This document shows positions 48,190-58,826 of a stretch of DNA of 64,000 bases, piece after piece; position 1 is the stretch's first letter; each line of letters begins with the position of its first letter. The notes under the pieces are model-generated. The model made no database searches, was not told the DNA's origin, and worked only from the letters and a program-made list of their open reading frames with translations. Source of the DNA: Terriglobia bacterium. GTDB lineage: Bacteria > Acidobacteriota > Terriglobia > 20CM-2-55-15. The translations under genes were made by a program, and so were the position numbers. The stretch covers positions 800,001 through 864,000 of the forward strand of contig CAXWPJ010000002.1 of the NCBI GenBank assembly GCA_963664115.2. The letters run 5' to 3'.

Positions 48190-50075
48190 GTACGGCCGGG
48201 CATATCGACCACGGTAAGACGGCGCTGGTCCAATGCCTGACAGGTATCGACGCCGACCGCCTCAAAGAAGAGAAGGAACGCGGCATCACCATCGATATCG
48301 GTTTTGCGAATCTCGACCTGGACGAAACGACGCAGGTGGGTTTTGTCGATGTGCCCGGTCACGAAAAATTCATCAAGAACATGCTCGCCGGTATCGGCGG
48401 CATCGATGTCGTGATGCTCGTGGTGGCGGCGGACGAATCCATCATGCCCCAGACCCGGGAGCATATGGACATTTGCTCGTTGCTCCACGTGCCCTGTGGA
48501 CTGACGGTGATTACCAAGGTCGATACTGTTGATAAAGAAATTGCCGATCTCGTGGAACTGGAAGTCCGGGAGTATCTGGAGCACACGTTTCTCGACGGTT
48601 CACCGGTAGTTCGGATGAGTGCGCGTACCGGGGAAGGAAAAACCGAACTGATTGAAACTCTGCGGCAAGTGGCGGCCGAGGTGGGGCCGAAAGACACCTC
48701 ACAGATCTTCCGCCTTCCGGTGGACCGTTGTTTCACGATGAAGGGCTTCGGAACCGTCGTGACCGGAACGCTGATCTCAGGATCGATCCGGAAGGAAGAT
48801 GAAGTCCAGTTGTTGCCGTCCGGTAGCATGGCGCGCATTCGAGGCTTGCAGGTTCATGGCCATGTCGTGGACGCTGCCGAGGCCGGGCAGAGAACTGCGA
48901 TCAATCTTCAGGGTGTCGACGTTCGGGACGTGAATCGTGGCATGGTTTTGACAGAACCGGGCGCGCTTCGGGCGGCCTCGATGTTCGACTGTCATCTCGA
49001 CCTGCTTTCATCGGCCGCAGGACCGATCACCCGAAGGAGACGCATTCGATTTCATGTGGGGACGGCGGAGATCATGGGTTATGTCTCGCTTCTAGAGGGC
49101 GATAGCCTCGAGCCCGGTGGCAACTGCATGGTCCAGATACGACTTGAAGAACCTGTCGCTGCCTTTCCCGGAGACCGTTTTATAGTGCGACAGTATTCGC
49201 CCATGATTACGATCGGAGGCGGTGAAATTCTGGAAGTCGATCCGAAGAAGCATCGGCTGCGAGACATTCGCATTACCGCGCGTTTGGGAACCTTTAAGGA
49301 CGGGACGCTCGAAGATCGACTCATGGTCCTCATTGACGATGCTGGGCTGGGAGCCAGTACGCTTCCGGATCTTGTCAGGAAGGGTGGAATCGCTGCGGTC
49401 ACAATCCGGGAACATCTCGATAGCCTGGCCGTTGCCGGCGCTGTGCGTTTTCTCTCCGACACCCCTCCCACGGTGGTGTCCGGGGCAGCGTTTGACGAAG
49501 TGGCGTCGCAGGTTTTGGCTTTCGTTGCTGAATTTCACAAGGCCCAGCCTCTAGCCCGAGGCGTATCGCGGGAAGAACTGAGGAATCGCCTGTTCAGACG
49601 TGGCTCCAATCTTGTTTTCCAGGCGGTCTTGGAGGACCTCAAGCGCCGCGAGAAAATTACGCTCGCGCAGGAACTCGTCCACGTGTTCGGACGTGTGGTG
49701 ACTCTGGAAGCCGAGGAAATTAAAATTCGCGAGAGTCTGGCCGCCGAATTCCGGCGAAACGGTTTCCAGGTTGCCACTGCCGAAGAGGTCATAGCCAAAC
49801 TCCGCCTGAATTCCCCGAAAGCCTGGAAGATACTGCGTTTGATGATCCAGGATGGGACCTTGGTGAAGGTCAGCGACGACCTGGTTGTCGACCGGGGCGT
49901 GATTGATGAGGTCGTGCGGAAACTGCGCGCCCTTAAGGCATCCAATCCCAGCCTGGGTGTCGGAGAATTTAAAGACCTGATCGGCGTTTCTCGCAAATAT
50001 GCGATTCCCTTATTGGAATATCTGGACAGGGTGCGCGTCACGCGACGTGTTGGAGCGAGTCGGAAGATATTGTAA
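48171..50075 (+). CDS. selB: Selenocysteine-specific elongation factor
   Basis: [28 protein letters not shown]; C-terminal winged helices ending [13 protein letters not shown]. Confidence 0.96.
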   Translation: MPHIIVGTAGHIDHGKTALVQCLTGIDADRLKEEKERGITIDIGFANLDLDETTQVGFVDVPGHEKFIKNMLAGIGGIDVVMLVVAADESIMPQTREHMDICSLLHVPCGLTVITKVDTVDKEIADLVELEVREYLEHTFLDGSPVVRMSARTGEGKTELIETLRQVAAEVGPKDTSQIFRLPVDRCFTMKGFGTVVTGTLISGSIRKEDEVQLLPSGSMARIRGLQVHGHVVDAAEAGQRTAINLQGVDVRDVNRGMVLTEPGALRAASMFDCHLDLLSSAAGPITRRRRIRFHVGTAEIMGYVSLLEGDSLEPGGNCMVQIRLEEPVAAFPGDRFIVRQYSPMITIGGGEILEVDPKKHRLRDIRITARLGTFKDGTLEDRLMVLIDDAGLGASTLPDLVRKGGIAAVTIREHLDSLAVAGAVRFLSDTPPTVVSGAAFDEVASQVLAFVAEFHKAQPLARGVSREELRNRLFRRGSNLVFQAVLEDLKRREKITLAQELVHVFGRVVTLEAEEIKIRESLAAEFRRNGFQVATAEEVIAKLRLNSPKAWKILRLMIQDGTLVKVSDDLVVDRGVIDEVVRKLRALKASNPSLGVGEFKDLIGVSRKYAIPLLEYLDRVRVTRRVGASRKIL

Positions 50076-50253
50076 CGAGGATGAAACGGATTAGAACGGA
50101 TTCCGGAGAGGTCGAAGACAGATAAGTCCGTGTAATCGGTGGTTCAATTCCACGAATACGTGCAATCCGCGCAAAAAAAAGCGATGCGATTGAGCGCCCG
50201 ATTACAACATAAATCCAGTTTAAAGCCAGTGGTAAACTGCAGAGGGTCGCTGC

Positions 50254-50427
50254 CTACGCTTCTGTTTTCGACGGCGGGTCTTCAGAGTCGTCGCCCTTTA
50301 TGGACCTCTTGAAGTTCTTGATGCCTTCGCCGATACCCTTTCCCATTTCCGGCAAGCGTTTCGCGCCGAACAAGAAGAAGATGATGATCAAAAGGACCAC
50401 CAGCTCCGGTAAACCCAATCTAAACAT
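50254..50427 (-). CDS. tatA: Twin-arginine translocase subunit TatA/E (57 aa, absent from the ORF track)
   Basis: Manual translation MFRLGLPELVVLLIIIFFLFGAKRLPEMGKGIGEGIKNFKRSIKGDDSEDPPSKTEA*; GGAGG RBS upstream. Confidence 0.95.
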   Translation of the reverse strand: MFRLGLPELVVLLIIIFFLFGAKRLPEMGKGIGEGIKNFKRSIKGDDSEDPPSKTEA

Positions 50428-50520
50428 GGGGATCCTCCGGTTCTATCCTTCAGGCTCCGCAGACCTTGGGGCAGCGTGAATGGACAAGTTAGCTACACGA
50501 AAAAGTATATCGGAAAGCAT

Positions 50521-51021
50521 TCAGTTCGTCCAAACGTAATCCCACAGATAGAGTTGCCGATCGCTCATCGGGGTGTCCGGCACGACGACGTGGTAGCTAC
50601 CCTCAAACTCGGTGACGAGAAGGGCATAGACCTGGCCGTCCGGTTCCCGATAAACCAGAGAATTGTAGGTGCGGGTACTACCTTCCCGGCGCCTTTGATC
50701 AAGTATCCGGCCCCGTTCAAACCTGTCCGTCAACAAGACCTCAATCTCGACTTCTGTCGGTTCTCGCAGATCATCGGAGTCGTCGCCGACACGGATGAGG
50801 ACGTGAGATCGCAGTAGCTCACGGCTCTGGGCCTCCATTGCGTCCATAAAAATTTCGGCGGCGATCAGGGGAGGGCTGTACACATAGTAATAATAAAAAC
50901 CAAGCGCCGTCGATCCTGCGACCAGGATGCCGACAAATAACAGAACCGACAGACGAAGCGGTCGCCTTGTGACAGGAACCGCCGAATCTTCGGGTTGGGG
51001 CTGTGAGTGGTCTGTGTCCAT
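50521..51021 (-). CDS. Hypothetical membrane-anchored protein
   Basis: 166 aa with a single TM segment, in the rqcH-tatA gene run. Confidence 0.65.
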   Translation of the reverse strand: MDTDHSQPQPEDSAVPVTRRPLRLSVLLFVGILVAGSTALGFYYYYVYSPPLIAAEIFMDAMEAQSRELLRSHVLIRVGDDSDDLREPTEVEIEVLLTDRFERGRILDQRRREGSTRTYNSLVYREPDGQVYALLVTEFEGSYHVVVPDTPMSDRQLYLWDYVWTN

Positions 51022-51034
51022 CGTGTGTGGTCCC

Positions 51035-52798
51035 TTACTCTTTCACCCCCACAGCCGGGACGTCTCCGGAGTCTGGAATGACGTGAGTCCAATTGCGAGG
51101 TTCAACAGTGACGGTCTTGAATTCTCGCAGTCGCACGAGGCCCGGTTTCGCCTTCTTGGGTTTCGACACGAACTTGCGCCGCGTGTAGTGTACCTCCACT
51201 TTGTTGGAGTTCCGCGCTTGTGAGTAGTATGCCGCTAACTGCGCGGCGCGAATTAGAATCGACGATTCCAGTTCGGTGTCTTTGGCTGGGTTCCTGACGA
51301 TGACGTGGGAGCCCGTGTAGCCGGCGACATGGAACCAGAAATCATCTCCAGTCGCGACTTTGAACGTCAATTCGTCGTTCTCGCGGCTGTTGCGCCCGAC
51401 GAGAACTTCGTGGCCGTCCATCTGTATCGCGCGTCGCCTGCGGGCGCCCGGGCGAGGAGCCTTCTTTGAACCCGGGCCTGATCGAGGCGCATCCGCTCCG
51501 CCAGTCAATGCTGTCAATGCGTCCCAGGTACCCACCGACTGCAATCGGTCGGCTTCGGCTTCGAGCCGCGCTTTGGTGACTTCCAGTTTCGACAATTGCA
51601 TGCGGACCATCTCCATGCCGCGTCCGGCCTTCTTATGCCGTTTGAACAACTTGTTGACGTTCTCGCGTAGCGTTTTGGAGGGATCGAGTTCGATAGTCCG
51701 CGATTGGGGGTCGTCGCCGAAGTAGTCGGTAACTTCAACGCTTTCGTGATGGCGATCCATATCGCCGCCGCTGGCCACCAGCATCTGGGCGCGGGTCCGA
51801 AGTTCTTCGGCCTCGCTGTAGAGCCGTTGTCGATCAAGCAGTCGTTCGTGCTTTTGCCCCAGACGCCGCAGGCTATCTCGAATCCGTCTTTTCCGCGGTG
51901 ACTTCGCCTGTTCCATCAGAATCCGTGACTCCAGTTCATCCGAGACGATCCGTGTGGCCTCCAGCATGCCGGGATAGGTCTGGACCCCGTGGGTTTTTCG
52001 CGCCAGGGATTCCAGTTCGATCGGACTGAGGATTACCCTTCGCAACGCTTCGACGTCGTTGCGCTCCAGGATGACACTGAGGGGTTTCAGAGAGTAAGCC
52101 CATGCCGTCGATGCCGGTTTGAGGAGATCTTCGATCATAGCTTTCAATTCTTCGGGTAATGCGTTCTTCGAAGCAGCCTGGCGATGGAGGATTTCCGCCG
52201 CTAATAGCGGTCCGATTCCTGCAACGTTACGAATGAGCCAGTTCTTCGGATCCTTCGCAAAGTCAGTTTCGTTAAACCAGGAACACTCGTCTTCACGCGT
52301 TAAGGCGAGATCCGTCTTGTCGGTTTTCGGATAAGCGTACTCGTCATATTCACCCATTCCACGCTGGGAACGCGGAGCGAGGGCAGAACCCAGAATGTTG
52401 CGGGCCCGGTCCAGGAGGAAAAGGTTAGGGGAATTCGGCAGCAGTTCTGCGACAAGATAGACAATTTGCAGTTCCTGGGCCGGGAGGGCCGTTTTAAACT
52501 TCAATTCAACAATGCGTTCAGATAATGGCTTGTCTATTTCAAGAAGCTGAGCCGTAACCAGGTGCTTCCGAAGAATCATAAGGAAATCCGTCGTGACTGC
52601 TTCGACCGGTGGGCGTTCTCCGGAAACATAAATAATAGGATTTCGCGCATCGATTGACAGTTTCAACGCCGGTATCCTGACGGACCGGGTCTGCAGCAGG
52701 AACACGTTGCGGTGGTGTTGTACGATACGCCGTATGACCATCCCGTCCGTTACGGTTTTTAGTTCCTCGACCAGCGCTATGAGCGCGAAGTTTTCCAT
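51035..52798 (-). CDS. rqcH: NFACT/Rqc2 family ribosome quality-control protein
   Basis: FLMILRKHL, ERIV, NLFLLD, coiled coil, VGRNSRENDEL, WFHV...GSHV, AAQLAAYYS, KPKKAKPGLV. Confidence 0.88.
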   Translation of the reverse strand: MENFALIALVEELKTVTDGMVIRRIVQHHRNVFLLQTRSVRIPALKLSIDARNPIIYVSGERPPVEAVTTDFLMILRKHLVTAQLLEIDKPLSERIVELKFKTALPAQELQIVYLVAELLPNSPNLFLLDRARNILGSALAPRSQRGMGEYDEYAYPKTDKTDLALTREDECSWFNETDFAKDPKNWLIRNVAGIGPLLAAEILHRQAASKNALPEELKAMIEDLLKPASTAWAYSLKPLSVILERNDVEALRRVILSPIELESLARKTHGVQTYPGMLEATRIVSDELESRILMEQAKSPRKRRIRDSLRRLGQKHERLLDRQRLYSEAEELRTRAQMLVASGGDMDRHHESVEVTDYFGDDPQSRTIELDPSKTLRENVNKLFKRHKKAGRGMEMVRMQLSKLEVTKARLEAEADRLQSVGTWDALTALTGGADAPRSGPGSKKAPRPGARRRRAIQMDGHEVLVGRNSRENDELTFKVATGDDFWFHVAGYTGSHVIVRNPAKDTELESSILIRAAQLAAYYSQARNSNKVEVHYTRRKFVSKPKKAKPGLVRLREFKTVTVEPRNWTHVIPDSGDVPAVGVKE

Positions 52799-52820
52799 CT
52801 GCTTATTTTAACCGAGGCAG

Positions 52821-53333
52821 TCAGATGCGTTTGACGAAGGTGGTAGAGACCTTGTCGGCCCACGTCAGGTGTTCGGGGTCGATGAACGCCCACAGAAATC
52901 CGAAAAGGAGCGGAACGACTGAAATCAGGTAACCGAAGCTTCTAAGAAATGCTTCGGTGGGGTCCAAGCGGTCCCCGTTACGGTTGACCGCGACCAGACC
53001 GTGGATGCGCATGCCAGTCGTCTGGCTCATACTCAACATGAACAGGAAGAAGTAGACAACCAGAAAGATCAAGTAGGCGGTACAAAAGATTCCCAGGATT
53101 CGGCGGTTCAGGGGAGTCGACGCCGGCATTTCAGAGGCAGTCGAGATCAGGAAGATCAGGTAGAGCCCGAAAACAATCACCAGATCGATCAGCATCGCGT
53201 AAGTTCGGGAGAGGAGCAGACCGCGTTGGTATTCGGGGAGGGTGAATTCGGCGGCGTAGTTTTTGTCATCGAAGTCCAGTCCAGGCTGGATCTTAGATAG
53301 GTCGATGACCGTCCTGCCACCTTTCCGTTGCAT
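52821..53333 (-). CDS. RDD family protein
   Basis: R-x2-AMLID, QTTG, FLR, WADKVSTTFV. Confidence 0.85.
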   Translation of the reverse strand: MQRKGGRTVIDLSKIQPGLDFDDKNYAAEFTLPEYQRGLLLSRTYAMLIDLVIVFGLYLIFLISTASEMPASTPLNRRILGIFCTAYLIFLVVYFFLFMLSMSQTTGMRIHGLVAVNRNGDRLDPTEAFLRSFGYLISVVPLLFGFLWAFIDPEHLTWADKVSTTFVKRI

Positions 53334-53390
53334 TCGGCTGAATTTTATCACGGTTCTTGCGACAGGCAGTCGAATGTGATTTAACTGAGA

Positions 53391-53437
53391 GGGACGTACA
53401 CTTCAGAATCGGGAAGCAATTCTGAAGTGTACGTCCC
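53391..53437. repeat. 19-bp perfect inverted repeat (REP-like) immediately upstream of lptD
   Basis: GGGACGTACACTTCAGAAT-cgggaagca-ATTCTGAAGTGTACGTCCC. Confidence 0.9.
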
Positions 53438-53446
53438 CTTTAAGCA

Positions 53447-55519
53447 ATGCATGTATGGATATTAGCCGTTCTTCTGATCGCACCTCAGCAGGACGAACTC
53501 GTCGTTAGTGCCGATAGACTCGATCGCACAGGCAGCGTCGTGACCTATGCCGGTGATGTCGTCGTCACGTTCCGGGATATGCGGGTAGAGGCGGATACGA
53601 TCGTTTACGACGAGTCCACTCAGATGCTGGAAGCCTCAGACGGCGTGACATTCGTGCGTGGCGAGGAAAGACTGGCCGGTCGGCATCTTGAAATCAATAT
53701 GGACACGATGGCGGGTGTCTTGACTGAAGCTACGGGTGAACTGGGTCCCAGTTACCTGATTCAGGCGGCTGAGGCTCACCGCTTGGAAGACGGCCGGTAT
53801 GAGCTTTTCGATGCGACCGTTACCACATGCGACGACGAAGGGAATCCTGGATGGGAGTTCCACACACCGCGGACGACGATCGACCCGGATTCAAACGTGA
53901 AGGCCGTCAATTCGGTGTTGAGAATTAAGGGTGTTCCGGTCTTTTATATGCCTTACCTTAGCGCGCCTGTGGCAAGCCAGCCGCGTTCCTCCGGTTTCCT
54001 CACACCTCAGACTTCCACCTCGACAACGAAAGGACGGAGCGTCAGTGAGTCATTTTATTATGTCATCAACCGCAGTGCCGACCTCACTGTGACCGGCGAG
54101 TATTTCACCTTGCGTGGTCTGGCCGGCGCAGCTCGGTTTCGCGCGGTTCCCAACGAGCGATCCCGGATTGAGATCGACGGCTTTTTTGCCGATGACCGCA
54201 AAGACCAGGGTGGGAAGAGTGCCCGGATTCTGGCCTATACCGAACGTAACGACTTGCGCGTCGTCGCTGATCTGAACCTCGTCAGTTCCTTCGTGTTCCG
54301 CCAGGTATTTGAGGAAGGATTTGATGTGATCTCCTCTCCAACGGAGCGCTCGCGTGCGTTCGCTACCTACAACACCTCCGGCGTAACTTACAACTTTCTT
54401 TATGCGCGGCAGGGAACCTTCTTTGTTGACCAGCCCACGGCGATTATTCGCAAGCTCCCCTCGCTGGAGATGGCCGTGCATGCCCGTCCGGTAGGGAATC
54501 TACCGTTGTACTTCAGCTTTGACGGCAGCGTGTCGGGTTTGCATCGTCGCGATGCAGCGGTCACGAGCTCGGCGTTAGTCGGACGTGTGGACATCCACCC
54601 GAGAGTTGAAGTGCCGATCTTGCGTGGTGCGGCGTTTAGTTGGAGCCACCAACTTGGCATTCGAGAAACGTTCTATTCAGACAAGCGGAACGTTGGGGAT
54701 CAACGCGACGCCCTGAATCGCCTTGCTGTCGACTACGGTTTCGTGTTTAGTGGGCCGCAATTGGAAAAGCGATACGGCAATTGGATGCATGTGATCGAGC
54801 CTCATGTCGAGTATCGCTACGTCAGCGGTGTCGACGATTTTGGCAATACGCTGTTGATTGACGACACGGATTTGTTTGTCGATACGAACGAAGTTCGCTA
54901 TGGAATTTCCAATCGGTTTTTCACGAACCGAGAGGTTCTCAGCTGGACTTTGACGCAGAAATATTATGCCAACCCGACCTTTGGGGGCGCGCTGGTGCCG
55001 GGGCGTGACACCGCTCTGGAACCGCTTCTGGATTTGACGGGTTTTGGTTTTGCAGACGAAGCACGGCGATTTTCTCCTCTGGTATCCCTGCTCCGTTTTT
55101 CGCCGCGCGCCGGAACCAGTACGGATCTGCAAATCGACTACGACACTGTTCGGAGGCAGTTTCGAAGTGCCGGTGTTATCGGGCGCTACCAGGCGGGTCC
55201 CTCGTTCTACAACGTCGCTTATTTTTTTACTCGAAGAAGTCTGGTTCAGTTGCCGAATAATCAGATCCGAGCGACCGTGGGATTCGGTGATTCGAATCGT
55301 TTGGGGTTAAACGGCGCTGTCAGCTTCGCTTACAATGTCGACCAATCAATTTTGCAGGCCTCGACTGCACAGCTTAGCTATAATACCGACTGCTACGGAT
55401 TGCACCTTGCGTTCATGCAGTTCGACCTGGGTCCTCGCCGGGAAAGTCGTTTCCGGTTTTCTTTTTCCCTGAAAGATCTTGGAGCAATAGGCAATCTTGG
55501 ACAGGACAGCCTGTTCTAA
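53447..55519 (+). CDS. lptD: LPS-assembly protein LptD
   Basis: OstA-like N-terminus, TTCD...PGW, GVPVFYMPY, RSSGFLTP, HVIEP, YGISNRF, YNTDCYG; beta-barrel. Confidence 0.85.
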   Translation: MHVWILAVLLIAPQQDELVVSADRLDRTGSVVTYAGDVVVTFRDMRVEADTIVYDESTQMLEASDGVTFVRGEERLAGRHLEINMDTMAGVLTEATGELGPSYLIQAAEAHRLEDGRYELFDATVTTCDDEGNPGWEFHTPRTTIDPDSNVKAVNSVLRIKGVPVFYMPYLSAPVASQPRSSGFLTPQTSTSTTKGRSVSESFYYVINRSADLTVTGEYFTLRGLAGAARFRAVPNERSRIEIDGFFADDRKDQGGKSARILAYTERNDLRVVADLNLVSSFVFRQVFEEGFDVISSPTERSRAFATYNTSGVTYNFLYARQGTFFVDQPTAIIRKLPSLEMAVHARPVGNLPLYFSFDGSVSGLHRRDAAVTSSALVGRVDIHPRVEVPILRGAAFSWSHQLGIRETFYSDKRNVGDQRDALNRLAVDYGFVFSGPQLEKRYGNWMHVIEPHVEYRYVSGVDDFGNTLLIDDTDLFVDTNEVRYGISNRFFTNREVLSWTLTQKYYANPTFGGALVPGRDTALEPLLDLTGFGFADEARRFSPLVSLLRFSPRAGTSTDLQIDYDTVRRQFRSAGVIGRYQAGPSFYNVAYFFTRRSLVQLPNNQIRATVGFGDSNRLGLNGAVSFAYNVDQSILQASTAQLSYNTDCYGLHLAFMQFDLGPRRESRFRFSFSLKDLGAIGNLGQDSLF

Positions 55520-55534
55520 GAGCCACGATCAACC

Positions 55535-56512
55535 ATGCCGTTTCCCCTTCATCGCATGCGCCGGTTGAGGCGCAAGGATCGCCTGCGGTCTCTGGTTCAG
55601 GAAACACGACTGAGCCCGGAGGAACTCATCTATCCCATTTTTGTTTGTCCGGGTACAGGTGTGCGGAACGAAATTCCGTCGATGCCGGGTCAGTACAACG
55701 TGTCGGTTGATCAAGCGGTGGAAATTGCACGCGAGGTGGAGCAGTCAGGAATTGGCGGCCTCATGCTCTTCGGGATTCCGGAGTCCAAGGACGCTGTCGG
55801 GGGCGGGGCCTACGACGAGAACGGGATCGTACAGCAGGCGCTCAGAGAGATCAGAAAAAGCGTCGAAGAACTCATTCTTGTCGGGGATGTGTGCTTGTGT
55901 GAGTACACGGACCACGGCCACTGCGGTGTTATTCGTGACGGGGTTGTGGAAAACGACGCCTCCCTCGAACTGCTGGCGAAAACGGCGCTGAGCCAAGTCC
56001 GTGCTGGGGCCGACATGGTCGCGCCTTCCGACATGATGGACGGCAGGGTGGGGGCGATTCGGTCTAAATTGGATGGGGCCCAACTCGATCACATCCCGAT
56101 CATGTCCTACGCGGCCAAGTACTGTTCGGCCTTCTATGGCCCCTTCCGTGAAGCCGCGGGTTCCACGCCGCAGTTCGGTGACCGGCGCGGTTACCAGATG
56201 GACCCTCCGAACGTCCGGGAGGCACTTCGGGAAATTGAGATGGATCTCGAAGAGGGCGCGGACATCGTCATGGTCAAACCGGCTATGGCTTACCTCGATG
56301 TCATCCACCGTGCGCGGAATGCTTTCAACGCGCCCATCGCAGCGTTTCAAGTGAGCGGTGAATATTCGATGATTGAAGCGGCTGCTGCAAACGGCTGGAT
56401 CGATCGCGAAAAAATCATCCTGGAATCCATCACCGCAATCAAACGCGCGGGGGCAGACGTCATCATCACGTATTACGCGGCGGAACTTGCCGGAATGTTG
56501 GGAGGGAAGTGA
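55535..56512 (+). CDS. hemB: Porphobilinogen synthase
   Basis: [41 protein letters not shown]. Confidence 0.97.
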   Translation: MPFPLHRMRRLRRKDRLRSLVQETRLSPEELIYPIFVCPGTGVRNEIPSMPGQYNVSVDQAVEIAREVEQSGIGGLMLFGIPESKDAVGGGAYDENGIVQQALREIRKSVEELILVGDVCLCEYTDHGHCGVIRDGVVENDASLELLAKTALSQVRAGADMVAPSDMMDGRVGAIRSKLDGAQLDHIPIMSYAAKYCSAFYGPFREAAGSTPQFGDRRGYQMDPPNVREALREIEMDLEEGADIVMVKPAMAYLDVIHRARNAFNAPIAAFQVSGEYSMIEAAAANGWIDREKIILESITAIKRAGADVIITYYAAELAGMLGGK

Positions 56513-56621
56513 TGTGTGACGCCGAGGTGCCAGGAAATTCTTAACTCTCAACTTCTGCACGCTGCCTCCAAGCCTCTGTGCTTAGAATTCTCTGTCGAAA
56601 CTATCGAAGATAATTAATGAA

Positions 56622-57893
56622 ATGAGCAAATCCGAAACACTGTTCAAACGGGCGGAACGCGTGATACCCGGAGGCGTCAATTCACCGGTTCGGGCGTTCA
56701 AGGCCGTTGGCGGCAATCCTGTTTTTATTCAGAAAGGGGAAGGCTCCCGTATTTGGGATGTCGACGGTCGATCCTATATCGACTACATCGGGTCCTGGGG
56801 CCCGCTGATCGACGGGCACCGGTCCAAGGCGGTTACTGAACGTCTCCGACGGGTCATCGATGAGATGGGCACGTCATTCGGTGCGCCCACGGAGCTGGAG
56901 GTGGAGCTGGCCGAGCTGATCTGCGGCATGTTTCCGTCGATCGAAAAGGTGCGGCTCGTCAATTCAGGAACCGAAGCAACGATGAGTGCGATCCGCCTCG
57001 CGCGGGGATTTACCGGGAGAGACAAGATTCTGAAGTTCGAAGGGTGCTACCACGGACATGGCGACAGCCTGCTGGTGAAAGCCGGCTCCGGTGTCCTGAC
57101 CCTGGGGTTGCCGGACAGTCCCGGCGTTCCTGCCGCATTGGCTGAATTGACACTGGTTGGGGCATACAACGACCCCAGCGGTATCAAGGACCTGTTTGGA
57201 CGTGTGGGCGACGAGATCGCGTGCGTGATCGTAGAACCGGTTGCGGGCAATATGGGCTGTGTGCCACCGGCGAATGGTTTTCTTGAGCTGCTTCGGGAAC
57301 TCACGACAGCCTCGGGCACAATCCTTATTTTTGATGAGGTCATGACGGGTTTCCGCTTGTCGCCAGGTGGTGCGCAGAACCTTTACGGCATCCGGCCGGA
57401 TCTGACGACGCTCGGGAAGATCATCGGTGGGGGCTTGCCCGTCGGAGCCTACGGTGGCCGTGAGGACATCATGAATCGGGTGGCGCCGGTGGGACCCGTC
57501 TACCAGGCTGGAACGCTGTCGGGTAACCCCCTGGCGGTTGCCGCCGGACTGGAGACCTTGCGCGGTCTGGGATCCGGAGACTCCTATGAGAAATTGGAAT
57601 CGCTGGGTTCTCGCCTGGAACGCGGCATTAACGCAACCTCGGTCGAACGGGGCGCGCGCGTCCAGGTGAATCGCGTGGGTTCCATGCTGACGCTCTTCTT
57701 CGCAGACCAGGCGGTAAGCGATTTCCCCTCGGCCAGTGCCGCCGACACGAGCCGCTTCGAGGTATTCTTCCGCAAGATGCTGGTCGAAGGCATCTATTGG
57801 CCCCCCTCACAATTTGAAGCGGCATTCATCTCGACCGTCCACACCGAGGCCGACATCGACGAAACGATCGCCGCCATCACCCGCTCTATCTGA
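56622..57893 (+). CDS. hemL: Glutamate-1-semialdehyde 2,1-aminomutase
   Basis: [53 protein letters not shown]. Confidence 0.97.
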   Translation: MSKSETLFKRAERVIPGGVNSPVRAFKAVGGNPVFIQKGEGSRIWDVDGRSYIDYIGSWGPLIDGHRSKAVTERLRRVIDEMGTSFGAPTELEVELAELICGMFPSIEKVRLVNSGTEATMSAIRLARGFTGRDKILKFEGCYHGHGDSLLVKAGSGVLTLGLPDSPGVPAALAELTLVGAYNDPSGIKDLFGRVGDEIACVIVEPVAGNMGCVPPANGFLELLRELTTASGTILIFDEVMTGFRLSPGGAQNLYGIRPDLTTLGKIIGGGLPVGAYGGREDIMNRVAPVGPVYQAGTLSGNPLAVAAGLETLRGLGSGDSYEKLESLGSRLERGINATSVERGARVQVNRVGSMLTLFFADQAVSDFPSASAADTSRFEVFFRKMLVEGIYWPPSQFEAAFISTVHTEADIDETIAAITRSI

Positions 57894-57924
57894 ATAGGGG
57901 TCAGAGCCCTATATTCCCATTTAT

Positions 57925-58008
57925 GACGTTGACGGCTCCACAAGTGACATCGACGGCTCCACAAGCGACATCGACGGCTCCACAAGTGTCATCTACGGCT
58001 CCACAAGT
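57925..58008. repeat. 21-bp tandem repeat (VNTR) x4
   Basis: Consensus GACATCGACGGCTCCACAAGT at 57925, 57946, 57967 and 57988, with no spacers. Confidence 0.92.
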
Positions 58009-58262
58009 GTCGCCGTTCTCCTTTGGCTTTCCCTTGCCGAAATCCGGTTTGGGGACTTAGATTTCACCCGAAATCGAAGAAATGAATGGCTCCTTACGGC
58101 ACGGGCACCCATTTTCCTTGTCACAGTCCATCTGGCGGGATTATCCTGCCTGAGATTCACGGTCCCGTACCTTTGCCGTATTATCTGGCGCTCAGGCGAA
58201 CCCGGTGGACCGGGAGAGACAACGGCGCGTCGCTGATCTTCCCGAATTTCGGAGGGGTGCTG

Positions 58263-58652
58263 ATGAAAATGAAAGTTGTGGGAATCATACTGTTTGGAAT
58301 ATTTGCCGGAGGTGTCCCCGTTAACGGACACCACTCTTTTGCTGCGGTATTTGATGCCAACGACCCGATTAATCTGACTGGGACCGTGACCAAGGTCGAG
58401 TGGATGAACCCCCACATCTGGTTCTACATTGACGTTGAGAACGAGCGTGGCGAGATCGAAAACTGGGGTTTGGAGATGGGTGGCCCCAACGGTTTGATGC
58501 GTCAAGGTTGGAACCGCAACACACTGCAGGTAGGCGACGTGGTTACCGTAGTCGGCTCCCGAGCAAGGAATGGCAGCTTCAACGGGGCTGGCCAGACCGT
58601 CACGCTTTCGACGGGTCAAACTCTATTTGCCGGCCAAAACCCAAACAACTAG
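58263..58652 (+). CDS. DUF6152 family secreted protein
   Basis: Signal peptide then HHSFAAVFD, GTVTKVEWMNPH, W-x-LE-x-GGPN, GW; GGAGG RBS. Confidence 0.85.
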   Translation: MKMKVVGIILFGIFAGGVPVNGHHSFAAVFDANDPINLTGTVTKVEWMNPHIWFYIDVENERGEIENWGLEMGGPNGLMRQGWNRNTLQVGDVVTVVGSRARNGSFNGAGQTVTLSTGQTLFAGQNPNN

Positions 58653-58826
58653 CGGGTTCGGCACTGGCCGCATTCTAAGAACGCTCTCCACAAGACGTAC
58701 ACTGAAGAGAAACAACTCCGCTTGGTCAAGTGCCGGGAACTCCTGTCGAGAATTTTCACGCACCTGACGAATTTGTAGTTCAGCATGATTTCGAATTGAG
58801 CCGCTCGTTGCGGCCAAGGAGTGACG

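Noticed and set aside
50120-50170. tRNA (for example tRNA-Sec next to selB), suggested by the T-loop-like GTGGTTCAATTCCAC
   Set aside because: No acceptor stem, D arm or anticodon arm can be built. The region looks more like a degenerate ACGGATT.../...TCCGTGTAATC repeat.
57925-58008. Possible CRISPR array
   Set aside because: Repeats are directly adjacent with no unique spacers, are only 21 bp, and there are no cas genes.
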